A stretch of 63,721 nucleotides of DNA, the filler included, from Reticulomyxa filosa (lineage: Eukaryota; Protista; Foraminifera), in the NCBI GenBank assembly GCA_000512085.1. It is 15 parts of 15 records of this genome, joined end to end, with 100 filler letters (N's around TTAATTAATTAA, not from the genome) between each part and the next. Parts side by side here need not be neighbours in the genome. Positions count along the whole stretch, not along the records: positions 7,844 to 19,423 come from ASPP01003114.1; positions 19,524 to 23,142 come from ASPP01009005.1; positions 23,243 to 24,595 come from ASPP01026466.1; positions 24,696 to 31,478 come from ASPP01004666.1; 11 more parts are not named here. One strand, given 5' to 3'. Below the pieces are notes generated by a model. It ran no database searches, was not told the origin of the DNA, and saw nothing but the letters and a program-made list of their open reading frames with translations. Made by a program: the position numbers and the translations under genes. Positions 14,312 through 26,641 of the stretch are shown here, piece after piece; the first letter of the stretch is position 1; the number at the start of each line of letters is the position of its first letter.

Positions 14312-17300
14312 TTACAATTTTTTCAATTCTTTCCATCGCCGACATAAATATTTTTCAAATTTGTGTCGATTTTTATTTGCAATGCTTTGAAATTCGGTGG
14401 CTTTCGATGTGTTCCATGTTTCTTTTCCAATGATTGCGCTGGGAACCTCGGATAGGACTTGACACATCTCTCCAAAAAACGTTATCGGGTCATCTTCAAA
14501 ACCTAATTCACGCGCTATATCTTGCCTTTTGACTCCTTCGGTTTCAGGTAAGAAATGACTTCCATTGTTCGTTTGTGCCAAACACTTTTCGATCTGGTAA
14601 AATGCCTCCATTTGGATTGACACTTTGGAAAAATCACAAGAACATGCATACATCCCATTTTAGCGTTTTTCTGCACAGTCTATTTCTCTTTCACGTCTGA
14701 CAAAACACCATCAAAGATTTATTGAACAAACGCTTGAACATTTCCCAAAACTTGCCCATTTGAAGGTTTTTTGAAGTCTCGGAGCAAATGGGGTAAAAAT
14801 ACAACAATAAAAAAAAATATACAAGCGAAAAATAGGAAAGACTCAGAACATTCAGCGGCGTTGTAGGGAACGAATTCAGCGTAATCAGAACATTTTTTGC
14901 CACTGTTTCGATTGATTTCGTTCTTTTTTCCGTTATCCAATTTAGTACTTGGGATATCTTCGATGATAACATAAGTTCCAATTTTGTCGTACCAAGTTGG
15001 AATTGGAATACGTGGTTTGTTCCCAGCTTCATTTCTCTCAGCAGCTTTTTTCTTCCTTTTGGCGGTTGGCAGAGGATCCAAAAAATTATGAGCACAAAAT
15101 ATTGACTTTAACAAAAATCGAATTAAGGAGGACAAAATATGTGTCAAGTTTTCTTGAAATGGATATTTCGATATATTAAGCAGTGCTTTATCAAATTCAT
15201 TCAAAAGGTACATCGCGGCATCCGTATACGTAATATCATCACATTTGTACGTATCTTGTGTTGATCTTACATACGATCTCAAAGCAGCCACGAAGGCATC
15301 AACGCACTTTCGGTTTTGAGCTCCTTTAATCTCTGCCCCCTGTTTTTTTTCCAACAAAAGAAGTAAAATTATGGTATATTATTTGAGCAAAACTCACGAC
15401 ATTAATGCACATGTGTACCTCAAAATTGAACAATTTGATTCCAATTTTTCCACATTTGATTAGTAGTTTAGCAATATCTGCGATATGTTCCTTTGACGTG
15501 AGTTCTCCAGGTTGCGGCGCCGTCACACTCGACAAGTCATAACAACAAAAATGCACTCTAATTGCGATAAACAAAAAAGTATGGAGTACCAGATAACTTG
15601 TTTGTTTTCTACTGTTTTCGGCTATTGTTGTCATTTTGAGGAAAATAAAAGTATTACCTTTTTTTTATTGCCGTTGCTTTTTTCTTTTGCGTTTTAGGGT
15701 TAGTTGGTGACGATTTTTCCAAGATATGTTGGTCTTTGTTCAGCAAATCAATTTTTGCACTGCTACTTTTCTGTCTCTTTTTCTTGCTGTTAATTCTTTT
15801 TTCATAATTCAGATCCAATTTCTTGTAGTCATCACTCCATAAATTAGTCAATTCTTTTTCAGATAATGATTTGTTAAATTCTACTATTTCTTTTTCTCGC
15901 GCTTCCTCTTCTTTGTTTAGCATAATTTCACATCGAGCCAATAGCCACAAAAATTTATCCAATTGATGGACAGACTCTATAAAAATGTCAATGCTGTCTG
16001 CGTGCCCACGTTCCTCTTTAGTCGAAAGATCTTGCAAGGATGAGAGCATTTGTTTGAAACAATCAATACTCACTATGGCGATTTGACTTGACGTTACATT
16101 CATGTTGTCCTCCACTAACTTGCTAAGATAGGGATACCACTTTAATTTATTGTCACGATTTGCGCTTGTTGAATGGATTTGCAAATGTACAGTGGAGTCT
16201 CTATAACAATTACGATCACCGGGATTGCACGTCATCATAGTCGCAGAATTCACTTTTTCTTGACGTTGACTGCTGCGTGCTTCCCATATTGGACCACTTT
16301 GCAGCAGTTTCTCTTTTTTATTTTTTGTTTGTTTGTTTGAAGGCAAAGAAAAGGGAGCAGTATTACAATAAAAAATAAAAAATAGACTTTTTTTCTTACA
16401 ACTGAGTCTCAAGTTTAAAGAAAAATGTCCTTTTTGTGGCTTTGGCAAACCAACGAGAAATTCTTTCTTGTGCAATGGTGGCGCACTTGGATGCAGTGGA
16501 TCATTTTTTTCAGTCTGAGTTTGGTTAATGCATGTTAACTGGCGTAAATCTTTTGGATGGACCTTAGATCTTGAATTGGTATCCTGAAGTTTGTTGTTTG
16601 AACTAACTTGCAATGAAGCCGATGACGGAATGTTATTTTGAATTACATTTCTTGACATAATACTTTGGTTGGCCTCTATTGTTGATGCATTGGAAAAACT
16701 CAAATTGGAAGATGACGGCTTCGATTTATAGTCACTGGAACAAAAGGAGTCATTGTGACATCCTTTTCGAAAATCTATTCCTGCAAACAAACCGGTGCTG
16801 CCACTACCTCAATCCGATCAACAACACAATGCACTCTCTTTTATTTTTATACTTTCGAGACAATTCTATTTGATTTGTAAAAAGTGTTCACACAATAAAT
16901 TTTTTTAGGTTTTGTAATGTGTAATTACAATTAACGTTTCAACTTTCTTTGTCGTAAGGTTAATGCTTATGCAACTGGTGTCATTGGCACATCTCGGCAG
17001 GCCATTTGAATCTCCAAGTACACAGGTTTCGTTTAAAGGCAACGTGATATTTGCTATTGTGGTCTTTGCTATGTTGCTTGACAGCCGTCTTCTTTTCTGA
17101 ACTGGCCCCAGAAAATGGAACCGATCTTTGAAAACACCATGTCTGGTTCCGTCATTTGTTTGCATAACTGAAGGTTCTACGATCTTGTTTTGGAGCTCTC
17201 TTTCATTTTTTTCAAACCAATCTTTTCTGTTGTCTACTTTCTTATTACACTTTTCATTTTTTTGTTCTTGGTGCAACTTGCGCTCTTCGAGAATGATTTT

Positions 17301-17577
17301 TTTACCAACGTTGGGATTTTTATTTTCAGAGCTGCCATCGTGACAGAGAGGTCTCTTACGTGTTGATTGGAAGAGTGCTGCTGCGTATTTATTATCATCT
17401 TTCGTGTCTTCGCTCGATGAGATCTTACTTTGACGAGCGAAAACAATTTCCTTTGGTCCATCACGCGCAGCTGTGGATAGATTCACGCTGTTCACAGTAG
17501 CTCTTCTCTGATCTAAAATATAAGCAGTCCGAATTTTCAGTTTGTTTTTCCGCTGTTTGTGCTCCATTTTTTGTGAA
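14312..17577 (-). CDS. Large hypothetical multi-exon protein; boundaries uncertain, 3' part possibly disrupted
   Basis: Long same-strand ORFs at 16905-17735, 15654-16790, 15326-15634, 14719-15357 and 14312-14653 with protein-like composition. No motif recognised. Confidence 0.45.
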
Positions 17578-18083
17578 ACAAACAATTTTTGTATTTTCTC
17601 CAACTTCAGTGAGAAGTGTTTTGAACAAACACGGTACTTGTGGATTTTTTTTTGATGTTTGTCACCCAGGATCCCGAAATACCAAACAATACACAACATG
17701 CCCACTTTTAAAAATTCTTTTTGTGAAAGCAACAAAGAAGGTCAACAGATTGTTAGTTTTTTGACCAAGTACTGCTAAATTCAAAATGATGAACAAATTT
17801 TTTGTACACTTTGTATGAAACAAATATTTTTTAAGAGTCACAAGGATTTGCTTTTTGTGCTGTTCAAATCAAAACAAGAGATGACATTGAAACAAAAAAA
17901 CGCACATTGCAAAAAAAAAAAAGTAATTAATAAAAAAAGCTTTGCCGTTGAATAGTCAGCAAGATGAATTTTAAAATTTATGTAATCTAAATTATTAACA
18001 CAACAATACCTTGAAGAAATAGACAAATTAATTACTTATTAAAAAAATTCTTTTTGTTTGTCGTGCAGTTTATTACAAGCGAT

Positions 18084-19365
18084 TTAACCTTCAAGATGTA
18101 CATCAGGATTATGCGACGTTTTCGAGGAATCAGCCAGTTCAATGAGAAAATTTTCAATGACGCTTTCCAATTCGACAATTTGATGATGTATCTCTTTAGT
18201 AATTTTTTTCTTCAAAGAATTTAATTTGGTGCTATTGAGCGGACAGTCAACTAAAGGACTAGTGACATCAATCGCAATAATATCTCTCAAAGTGTGTAAA
18301 GGTACATTGGAAAGCATGCATTTAATGATTTGTGGTTTATTTATGTTTCTTTCCGCATCATCGCTTTTTTTGTCAGCATCGTCATCTTTTTTTTTTTCTC
18401 GGATTTGTCCCTAGTAATAGTAACAGGAGTTTTGGGGAACGCAATGGGCGTGCCAGATGCGCCAGGTGTGCCAGATGTGCCAGATGCGCCAGGTGTGCCA
18501 GGTGAGCCCGGTTTTAGTTTGTCCAAAAGTCCGGAATTGTAGCTTTCGACGTCGCTGTTAATTTCTTTGTCCATGCTGTAATACTCATGATCTTGTTGAT
18601 ATCCATATTCGTCATCACTTTTTGCAGCGATAAGTGGAGTGATAATGAACGAAGGAGCTTTGGTCAAAAGAGTTGGTACAGTTATTGCTCCTCCATATAC
18701 TTCCGATTCTTTCTCGGCTACGTCTTCTTCTTTTTTCTTTTCATTACTTTCGCCGCTTGAGAAATTCCAATCCAAATACAAATCCTTCACTTCTTCCACT
18801 TCCTCGCCTTTGTGTTCATCTCCCGGTGCCAAGGGTGGTAGCTTCATGTACAGTTGTCAGCACAAAGTTTACAAAACACTCAAATATATACGGATTGTAT
18901 ATTCGATCGCAAATGGACAACAAAAAAAAAAAAAAAAAAAAAAATAATAATATGTATATACTTATATACATATATACATTATGCGAATAAATAAGTAAAT
19001 ATATATGTACACGAACAAACGGTGTATACATACGTACACACATATATGTATATGTACATATATACAAATAACAAGTGTTATAAAAAGCTTACAATTTGAA
19101 AAAAGGTGACTTGGACAATGATCTTGGACAAATTGAAGACCATGGAAAAAAACAAGATGCACCACACCAAGATGTAAATTTGGCCTTCCCATGTCATCCC
19201 CGTCACCCGGAACAAGCGCATGATCTGGTCTCCAATCATCAACGAAAACAAAGTCTTTGCCGTAAATTCAGGGTGGTTGAATGCTTTTTCGCCGTTTGGA
19301 ATGCCAAACAAAATTGTTCCGCAATAAACATAGCCCATAAAAAATGGGAAGATTGATATTATGCT
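18084..19365 (-). CDS. Mucolipin/polycystin-type (TRPML-like) cation channel, C-terminal part, 5'-partial
   Basis: MGYVYCGTILFG..TAKTLFSLMIGDQI..QIYILVWCILFFSMVFNL matches the TRPML S5-pore-S6 pattern (GYCFCGWIVLG..CLFSLINGDDM..LYLYSFISLFIYMVLSL), followed by an acidic cytosolic tail. Confidence 0.7.
18449..18505. repeat. 9-bp coding minisatellite (GCCAGRTGY)x~6
   Basis: gtgccagatgcgccaggtgtgccagatgtgccagatgcgccaggtgtgccagg, encoding PGTPGASGTSGTPGASGTP on the minus strand. Confidence 0.85.
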
Positions 19366-20100
19366 CTAAACAAGCAAATGAATAAATAAAAAAAGAGATT
19401 TTTTTTTTTAACGTTCCTTCAAANNNNNNNNNNNNNNNNNNNNNNNNNNNNNNNNNNNNNNNNNNNNTTAATTAATTAANNNNNNNNNNNNNNNNNNNNN
19501 NNNNNNNNNNNNNNNNNNNNNNNTGTTGCTGTTGTTGCTGTTGCTGTTGTTGCTGTTGCTGTTGTTGTGTTGTCTCCACTGATGACTCCCTTGGTTTTTC
19601 TACATTCGAACCACACAAGCCGCCCATTTCAATCTAGATACACAAAAAAAAAAACAGTCGTTTTGTTTGTTTTTTTTTGAAGACCATTGATGTTGAATAA
19701 AGATCAAACAGTCATAAAAAAAAAATTAACTATTAATTTGAAGATTGACGGATGAATTTTTGTCAAAATTTTTCCACCCTTCTCCTCTTTGTCTCCCCAA
19801 CGAGACCCCTTTTCTTTTTTTTTTTTTTCCTTTAAAGTTTGAAGTCCACCATTTTTCGTTTAAACACTTAAAGAAAAGGCAAAGCATTTGTTTTTTCTGT
19901 AATCGCTTGACAAATGCTATGTTGATTCCAACACAAGACTGCATCGAACTTATAGAAAGGAATACAACCTGAATAAGGCCAAAAAAATGATTGTGGATTG
20001 TAAAAAAAGTTTTACTTTTTTGATTGAATCTCTTCAAACTCAAAAGACAAAATAACTCAAATATAGAATATAAAACAACACAAAGTGGAGATTTAAGTGT

Positions 20101-21693
20101 TCACTTCAAACAATCTTCACCAGAAGGAACTTTTTGAAAAAACAATAATGTATCGTCTTGATTCAAACACCACACCGCATTATTAAATGCATCTTGTTCT
20201 GAACGAATTACAATCTTCCATTCCCTCAATTCATCGTGGATACTCCTCATCTTTGAAGACGTATAGCTTTCTCCTTCCTTCACTTTTTTTAAATAAATCT
20301 TTTTTTCACACAATATTTTAATTGGACCATTTTTGAATTCGTGTTGCAATTGATCCCTTTTAAATGTCATCAAATAACGCAACATAAAACGTGCTATTGT
20401 ATTTGACGTCGACCTGAAATCCAATAATTTCTGTTGTCCAGTTGTCCAATACTTAAAAAAATGAACAAAATTTGGTTCTTGATGTAATATCCTTTCAACA
20501 TCTTTCACTGCATTCATCCAATTGTTTTTATGCAATAACACATATGAACACAACAATCTTCTGATATCTTTATTATCAACAGCAACTGGTTCATCTTTGA
20601 CCAATGGATATTGTTCATTATAAAATATATTCAAATATTGTTGATGATGATATGACAGTTTATCAAATTCATCTTTATCCAACAGTTCCATCTTTTTCAA
20701 ATGTCCAGAGATTTTTAAATAAATAAATCTCTTATCTTTAATATTAATACTACTCTTTAATGATAATTTTGGAATTTGATTTTCATAAAAATCAAACATT
20801 TCATCAACCTTATCATTTTTCAATAATTTTGACATAATAGTTAAACATGTGATTTCATCAATTGAAATGAAATGTTCAAGTTGTTGTGAATAATTCAATA
20901 AATCCGCCAGCTTCTTTGATTCTCCACATTTCGCATACATATCCAACATACAATTTATCGATAAGGCATCAATCTGGATATTAGATTCACTTTGCATTGT
21001 ATTCCAAATTATTTCAGCACTTTCCATATCACATGTACTTGCACATATTGATAACATTGAATTATATACTATTCGATCTGGTTTGATATTGTAATCATTG
21101 ACTAATAATTGAAAATAATATAATGCCTGTTTAACATCACCTCTCTTTGAACATCCTTGAATCATTGTGGATAAAGTAATCAAATCAGGATTGAAAGGTG
21201 TCGTGCTGGATGTTAATTCTTTATGAATGAACCATTGTTCAAATAATTTCTTCTGAGTACCAGATTTATTCCAAGCATCCAAATAGTGCAAAACAGTGTT
21301 GCAATAGATAATATTCAATGGAACATTTTGTTGATGAGCCAATTGAACAATTGTATAAAGTGCATTTGGTTGTTTTAATTCAGAACATCTTTTGATTGCA
21401 GCAGTATAAGTACTTGTCTTTTGAGAACGATTTTTTCGAAGAAATTTAATAACATTATCGGCTGTTGTCATTTGTTTAATCAATGATTCATGTTGCGATT
21501 GTGGAGGTGGTGTTGTTTTTGCCGATGCCTCGCCTCGTACTTGTTTTCTTTTCTTTATCCCACCAGGTTTGCGCTGTCTCAAACGAACTCCCTGTTGACT
21601 TTGTTGTCGTAGGGAGCTGAGAAAAATGGAAGTGAAACTTATTTTGTAGCGTAGACGCGTGGATAAGAATATGTTCTTAGTTATTGTGTTCAT
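20101..21693 (-). CDS. Intronless pentatricopeptide-repeat protein with degenerate C-terminal SMR domain and probable mitochondrial presequence
   Basis: PPR units PLNIIYCNTVLHYL, PDLITLSTMIQGCSKRGDVKQALYYFQLL, IKPDRIVYNSMLSICA, IDALSINCMLDMYAKCGE and IDEITCLTIMSKL. C-terminal LLDFRSTSNTIARFMLRY..IKILC..NNAVWCL resembles SMR. N-terminus is R/S/L-rich with no acidic residues. Confidence 0.85.
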   Translation of the reverse strand: MNTITKNIFLSTRLRYKISFTSIFLSSLRQQSQQGVRLRQRKPGGIKKRKQVRGEASAKTTPPPQSQHESLIKQMTTADNVIKFLRKNRSQKTSTYTAAIKRCSELKQPNALYTIVQLAHQQNVPLNIIYCNTVLHYLDAWNKSGTQKKLFEQWFIHKELTSSTTPFNPDLITLSTMIQGCSKRGDVKQALYYFQLLVNDYNIKPDRIVYNSMLSICASTCDMESAEIIWNTMQSESNIQIDALSINCMLDMYAKCGESKKLADLLNYSQQLEHFISIDEITCLTIMSKLLKNDKVDEMFDFYENQIPKLSLKSSINIKDKRFIYLKISGHLKKMELLDKDEFDKLSYHHQQYLNIFYNEQYPLVKDEPVAVDNKDIRRLLCSYVLLHKNNWMNAVKDVERILHQEPNFVHFFKYWTTGQQKLLDFRSTSNTIARFMLRYLMTFKRDQLQHEFKNGPIKILCEKKIYLKKVKEGESYTSSKMRSIHDELREWKIVIRSEQDAFNNAVWCLNQDDTLLFFQKVPSGEDCLK

Positions 21694-21707
21694 CTTGAAA
21701 TTCAAAA

Positions 21708-21787
21708 TTTTTTTTTGCGAACAAGTGTACCCTTTTTTTTTTTTTTTTTTGCGAATAAGCGTACCCTTTTTTTTTTTTTGCGAACAA
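21708..21787. repeat. Triple tandem repeat T(n)-GCGAAYAAGYGTACCC
   Basis: gcgaacaagtgtaccc (21717), T18, gcgaataagcgtaccc (21751), T13, gcgaacaa (21780). Confidence 0.85.
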
Positions 21788-23242
21788 TAAATTTTTGTTT
21801 CTTTTTTTAATATGTTTAGATAACGATATGTTGTTCATTCAATAATGTGCAATTCTTGTTCTTCTTTCACTTGTTTTTATGATCATTCATTTTTCTCACA
21901 ATGTGTTCTAATACTGTTCAAAAAAAAAAATACAGTAGAATGCAAAAGAAAGTTGAGGCCTTAGAGAGATGATTTTCTTCACGGAGAAACAACATTCAAA
22001 CATAATTTTTTTTTCATGTTAAAAAATATCTAGAATCGTGTAATTTTTAAATATGATTTTGATTTTTTATTAGATCTTTCGTAACTATTTGAAAATTTTG
22101 AATATTTTATTGATTTTTGAAAATTTTTGAGAAAAATTTGACAAACATGCCTGTATCGTAACCATGGAATTTGCCAGCAATTTCAAAAAATGTCCACCAT
22201 AAATATTTTGCACCATTTTTTTGATAAAGAGAGCTTAAGACGTTGAAACGTTTACTGGAAATATTTTATGAAATATATGTTGATGTTTTATTTGTTTTTT
22301 TGAAAAAGGTTCGATCTATTAAATAAACAAAAAAAGTAAGATTTGCAAAGAGTATAATTTATGCCAATGAGAAGATTTTGCTTACTGACTTTGTCAATCT
22401 TCTATTTAATATTTCTATTGTTCAACTTCACATTTGTTGTTGTTTTTATCATAGAATGTAAAAAAAAAAAGCCAATAATGTAAAAAGTAGCTCATTTGAA
22501 ATTTGTGACAAAACTCATGTTTGTCAAATGCTATGCCCAAAATGATAATTTAGATTGAGAGAAAACAACAAAAAAAAAATGAAATAAAATAAAAATCATA
22601 AACATAAACTTAAAAAAAAAGAATAAAAATAAAATTGAAGGATTACTTTATCTAAAAAAATAATGGATAATGTCTTCTCACAACTTTGCACATTTTTAAT
22701 TGTTTTTTTCAACAACAATGCTTTTAACCAAATGATAAAAAAGAAAAAAAAGTTGAAATTCGTCAAATTCAATAACTTTTTTTGGTGTGCCAACAATTCA
22801 CAAATTAAAAGCTAAAAAACAAAACAAGACAAATATTATAAATAATGACAATGCAAAAAAAAAAAAAACAAACAAAAAGAAGATAAGTGATTAGAAAGAC
22901 ACTTGCAATCGAGAGAGCATTATAATTCAGCTCAATAACTCAATCTATCAAACGGAATCAAACAAAATAGATGCTACAATGCACACAAAACGAACGGAAC
23001 AAAAAAAACATAAATCGGAAAGGGGGGGTTGGAAATAAAAAACAAAACAAACAAAAACAAACACTTAGACAAATATAAAATAATAGGATAATAAAATAAA
23101 AAAAGAAAAAAAAAAAAAAAAAACGAATGATTGATAGGCATANNNNNNNNNNNNNNNNNNNNNNNNNNNNNNNNNNNNNNNNNNNNTTAATTAATTAANN
23201 NNNNNNNNNNNNNNNNNNNNNNNNNNNNNNNNNNNNNNNNNN

Positions 23243-24595
23243 AAATACTTTTTATTTTTTATAAATATCAATAGTCTATTACCCTTTCTGTTTCACTCCA
23301 GAACTGGTTATACGTATTCTGGAACTTCTGATTGTTAATTCTTTTGTTCTCCGACCGGAAACACTCCTGAATGATACATATATGTGGTTGGACTGCATGG
23401 AGATTTTGCTCCAGCAGTTGGGCTTTCAAATAGAAGCGGTTTATGTTGTTTTGGAATATGATCAAATCGTTCATTGATCGTATTCTTAAAAACTGGTTTC
23501 CTGTTCGCTGTGATTGTTATCTTTTTCTTCTTCTTGATATCGATGAAGTGGTTTCAATGACTGAACAATTACTGCTAACCCTTCAACAGTTGCGCGCAGT
23601 TGTGCAATTTCTGCTCGTAGCTTTGATACTTCGTCGCTCCTGTTAGTATTGTCTTGTCTGTTGCTGTTACTGTTATTATTGTGCATACATCTAGATCTCT
23701 GTATTGTGCTTGATGATCTGGGTCTTTGCGTTCTTTGTTTTGACGTTCTTGGTTCTTGTGCCTGATACTGTTGAGAGGGTTTCAGATCATGTGCACTTGT
23801 TTCAATTGGTCCTGTCTCTATCTGTTTTTGTGTTTGCTTCTAAGTTCTTTGCTCACGTTTCAGTATTATCACCTTCTCTCGTCTTGAGAAGTTAATTCCA
23901 ATCTTTTGTCGAACTTCTCGGATCACCGGACACAAGATAGAATCACTTGCATGATGTCCACTGCACATGACGCATCTGTAACTGCTTGGTTTTTCTTGTG
24001 ATATCAATCTTCAGATTTATTGTTCTTTCGTCTGCAGTACTTGCATACCTGCTTCTTGGTGCAATCTTTTGCAAAGTGGTTCAAACCGAAGCACTTCCTA
24101 CATTGAATGAAATGCGATCGCTGTCTGCTCATGTATCTGTCAAATAGCTCGCACGTAACCTGTCGGTACCAAACTCTTACTTCCTTTTCTTGTAGTGTTC
24201 TTTTCACATCATTTGGTGTGGCAAATAGCACTTTCACCATTGGGAGACCTTTAAACCTCTCCACTTTATCCACGTTGTATTCTATTTCTTGCATTGCCTC
24301 CATAACTCATCATCACTCCATATTTATGTTGGATTTTTGATCGCCACTATCTTTATCATGAAAGGGATTTGGTCTTTTGTGAATTAGTCTCATGTCGTGG
24401 TGATGCTTGACATCACTAATTTTGCCTTTGACAGCTCTTGCGTTTTCACGACTGTTGACATTATCTACATCAATTAGCCTCTGTTTCCAATTTATTTCCT
24501 TACCAACAGAAGACACATTTGGCAATTGTGATTTAATTTTTTCTTTCACTTGAGCAAGCAATTGGCTTGAACTAGACACATTTTGCAATGTGGTC
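23243..24595 (-). mobile_element. Decayed non-LTR retrotransposon (LINE): gag-like ORF1 plus start of APE endonuclease ORF2
   Basis: Zinc knuckles QCRKCFGLNHFAKDC, CKYCRRKNNKSED* (degenerate) and CVMCSGHHASDSILC. ORF1 stops at 23486; ORF2 starts at 23474 with MNDLIIFQNNINR..PHICIIQE (APE motifs I and II). Internal stops and frameshifts. Confidence 0.85.
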
Positions 24596-24695
24596 NNNNN
24601 NNNNNNNNNNNNNNNNNNNNNNNNNNNNNNNNNNNNNNNTTAATTAATTAANNNNNNNNNNNNNNNNNNNNNNNNNNNNNNNNNNNNNNNNNNNN

Positions 24696-25034
24696 TTTTT
24701 TTTCATCTTCTTTATATTTATTCTCATCATCTGTTTTATTAATTTAATAATTTTTTTAAAAAAAGAATAAATGAATAAAAAAAAATGAAACAAAACTTTG
24801 ATTGAAATGGACAAAAAAGAAAACAGGTTGTGTTTGAAATGCATTTTGTAATTGTTGATCATTGTTAATTTCTTGACCACTGTTGTCAGCAATTTTAAAA
24901 TGGAGTGAAGAATTACTGTTCTTGGTTTTATTGAGTAATTCAACCACTTTTTCTTTCAAGCATTTTAGGTCCAAAGAAGCGAGTGTTACTTCATGCATCT
25001 TTTTTTCAAGATAAATAAAAGCTTTCAAAGACAT
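24696..25034 (-). CDS. 5' exon(s) of a protein with a PB1/ubiquitin-like N-terminal domain, 3'-partial
   Basis: MSLKAFIYLEKKMHEVTLASLDLKCLKEKV..FKIADNSGQEINNDQQLQNAF has a PB1-like D-x-x-G..I-x-x-D-x-x-L pattern; truncated by the contig end. Confidence 0.45.
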
Positions 25035-25448
25035 TAGTTTAGCTCAATCAGTTAAGAGGAAAAAACTTTTTCTCTACTCCAGTTTTAAAACTCCTTTTCG
25101 GCTCTAGAAGGGGACTACGAACCGTTCGTCCCTAAAACTTTTTTTGTTTTTGTATTTCAGTGATTACTTTCTTATTTAAATTTGTTTCGCTACTGACAGA
25201 ATAAAATATTTTGTACAAAGCTATTTTTTTCCATGAAAAAACGATGAATATTTTTGAATTAAAATCCGATTGAGTTTTAAAAAATTCAAAATTCTTATCT
25301 CCATTTTGAGTGTTAGCCGTACTTGATAGAAAAAAAGCACACAACCACATCCGCTTTTTAAACTTTTCGGATGTTTGTATTCTTTTAATAAATAACAAAT
25401 GTCAAAATGTGTCCATTTCTTTCCACATTCTAGGATTATCAATGGTCA

Positions 25449-26303
25449 TTACCGATTTTTTTTTTTTCTTTCTTGGACTTTTTCGTGAGCAACAAGTGCC
25501 AAAAGTTTTTGTTTTTTGACATTGTGTAATTTTTTCTTATGTTTATTCGATTTCATATGGGCTTGATATTGGGACATATTGGAAATATTTTCAATTTCGC
25601 AAATATCACATTTTAATTGTGAGAAAGGCAGATCGGGACCATGATCCCATGCATTTTTGACATTAGTTCGTTTCAACATTTTCCAATCGCCCAAGCTGTT
25701 GGCCAATTGAAGCGTTTTCAAAACTTGTTCGTCTGCTTTTTGATTTTTCCAAAACGTAGTGACAAGATGCAAGCAAGGATTCAAAACGTAGTCATTCCAT
25801 TTGCTTTTGTCACTCGTATCCAATCGATAGATTTGCAACTGTAAATCGGGCTGTGATATACGATTCGTCAGCCATTGTCTTTGTTTACGCGCATATCTAC
25901 GAGTATGTAATCCATACTGTGACAAACACTCATCTTTAATTGTCTCCAACGACGATAACGAGTTTTCTGCTGAGATATTTTTAGATAACTTTACACGTAA
26001 GTAGGGTACGAAGCTTTGAAAGCCAAACCCTTTTACCATTCCAATATATGGAGGCGCCAAGTCCTTGCGTTTCGCGACCTTAGTTTTAATGTGTCTTGCA
26101 CTTGTTCTTGTTCCTGATCTTGATCTTGATCTTTCTCTTCTGTTTTTTCGTTCTCTGATTTGTCTTGTGCAAGGACATCATATTGATAACGATTTAATAG
26201 CAATTGATGAAAAGCCTCAATCTTTTATTTGGCACAAACATGAGAAAGAAGGAGAAGAAACAGACAATATAATGCATTATGATGTCAAAAGAGATCATTT
26301 ATA

Positions 26304-26337
<34 letters not shown>

Positions 26338-26603
26338 TATGTATATTAACTTCTTGAAATAATCCCAAAGAGTCCATTGTTTTTAATCGATTGTTAATCC
26401 TTTGTTCGATGACGTCAATGGTGGCATCCAACCATAAAATAATCGGATCGTATCTCAAAGCATGAAATTTGCCGCCCGTTTCTTTTAAAATTTGACTGTG
26501 TGGTTTTCCTGTTTCTTGATATACCTCCAAACTTCGATGGATTCTTCTTAAGTCATTCGGGTGATAAAAAGCTGCCATTGCCGGGTCGATCTGTATTTTA
26601 TTG

Positions 26604-26641
<38 letters not shown>

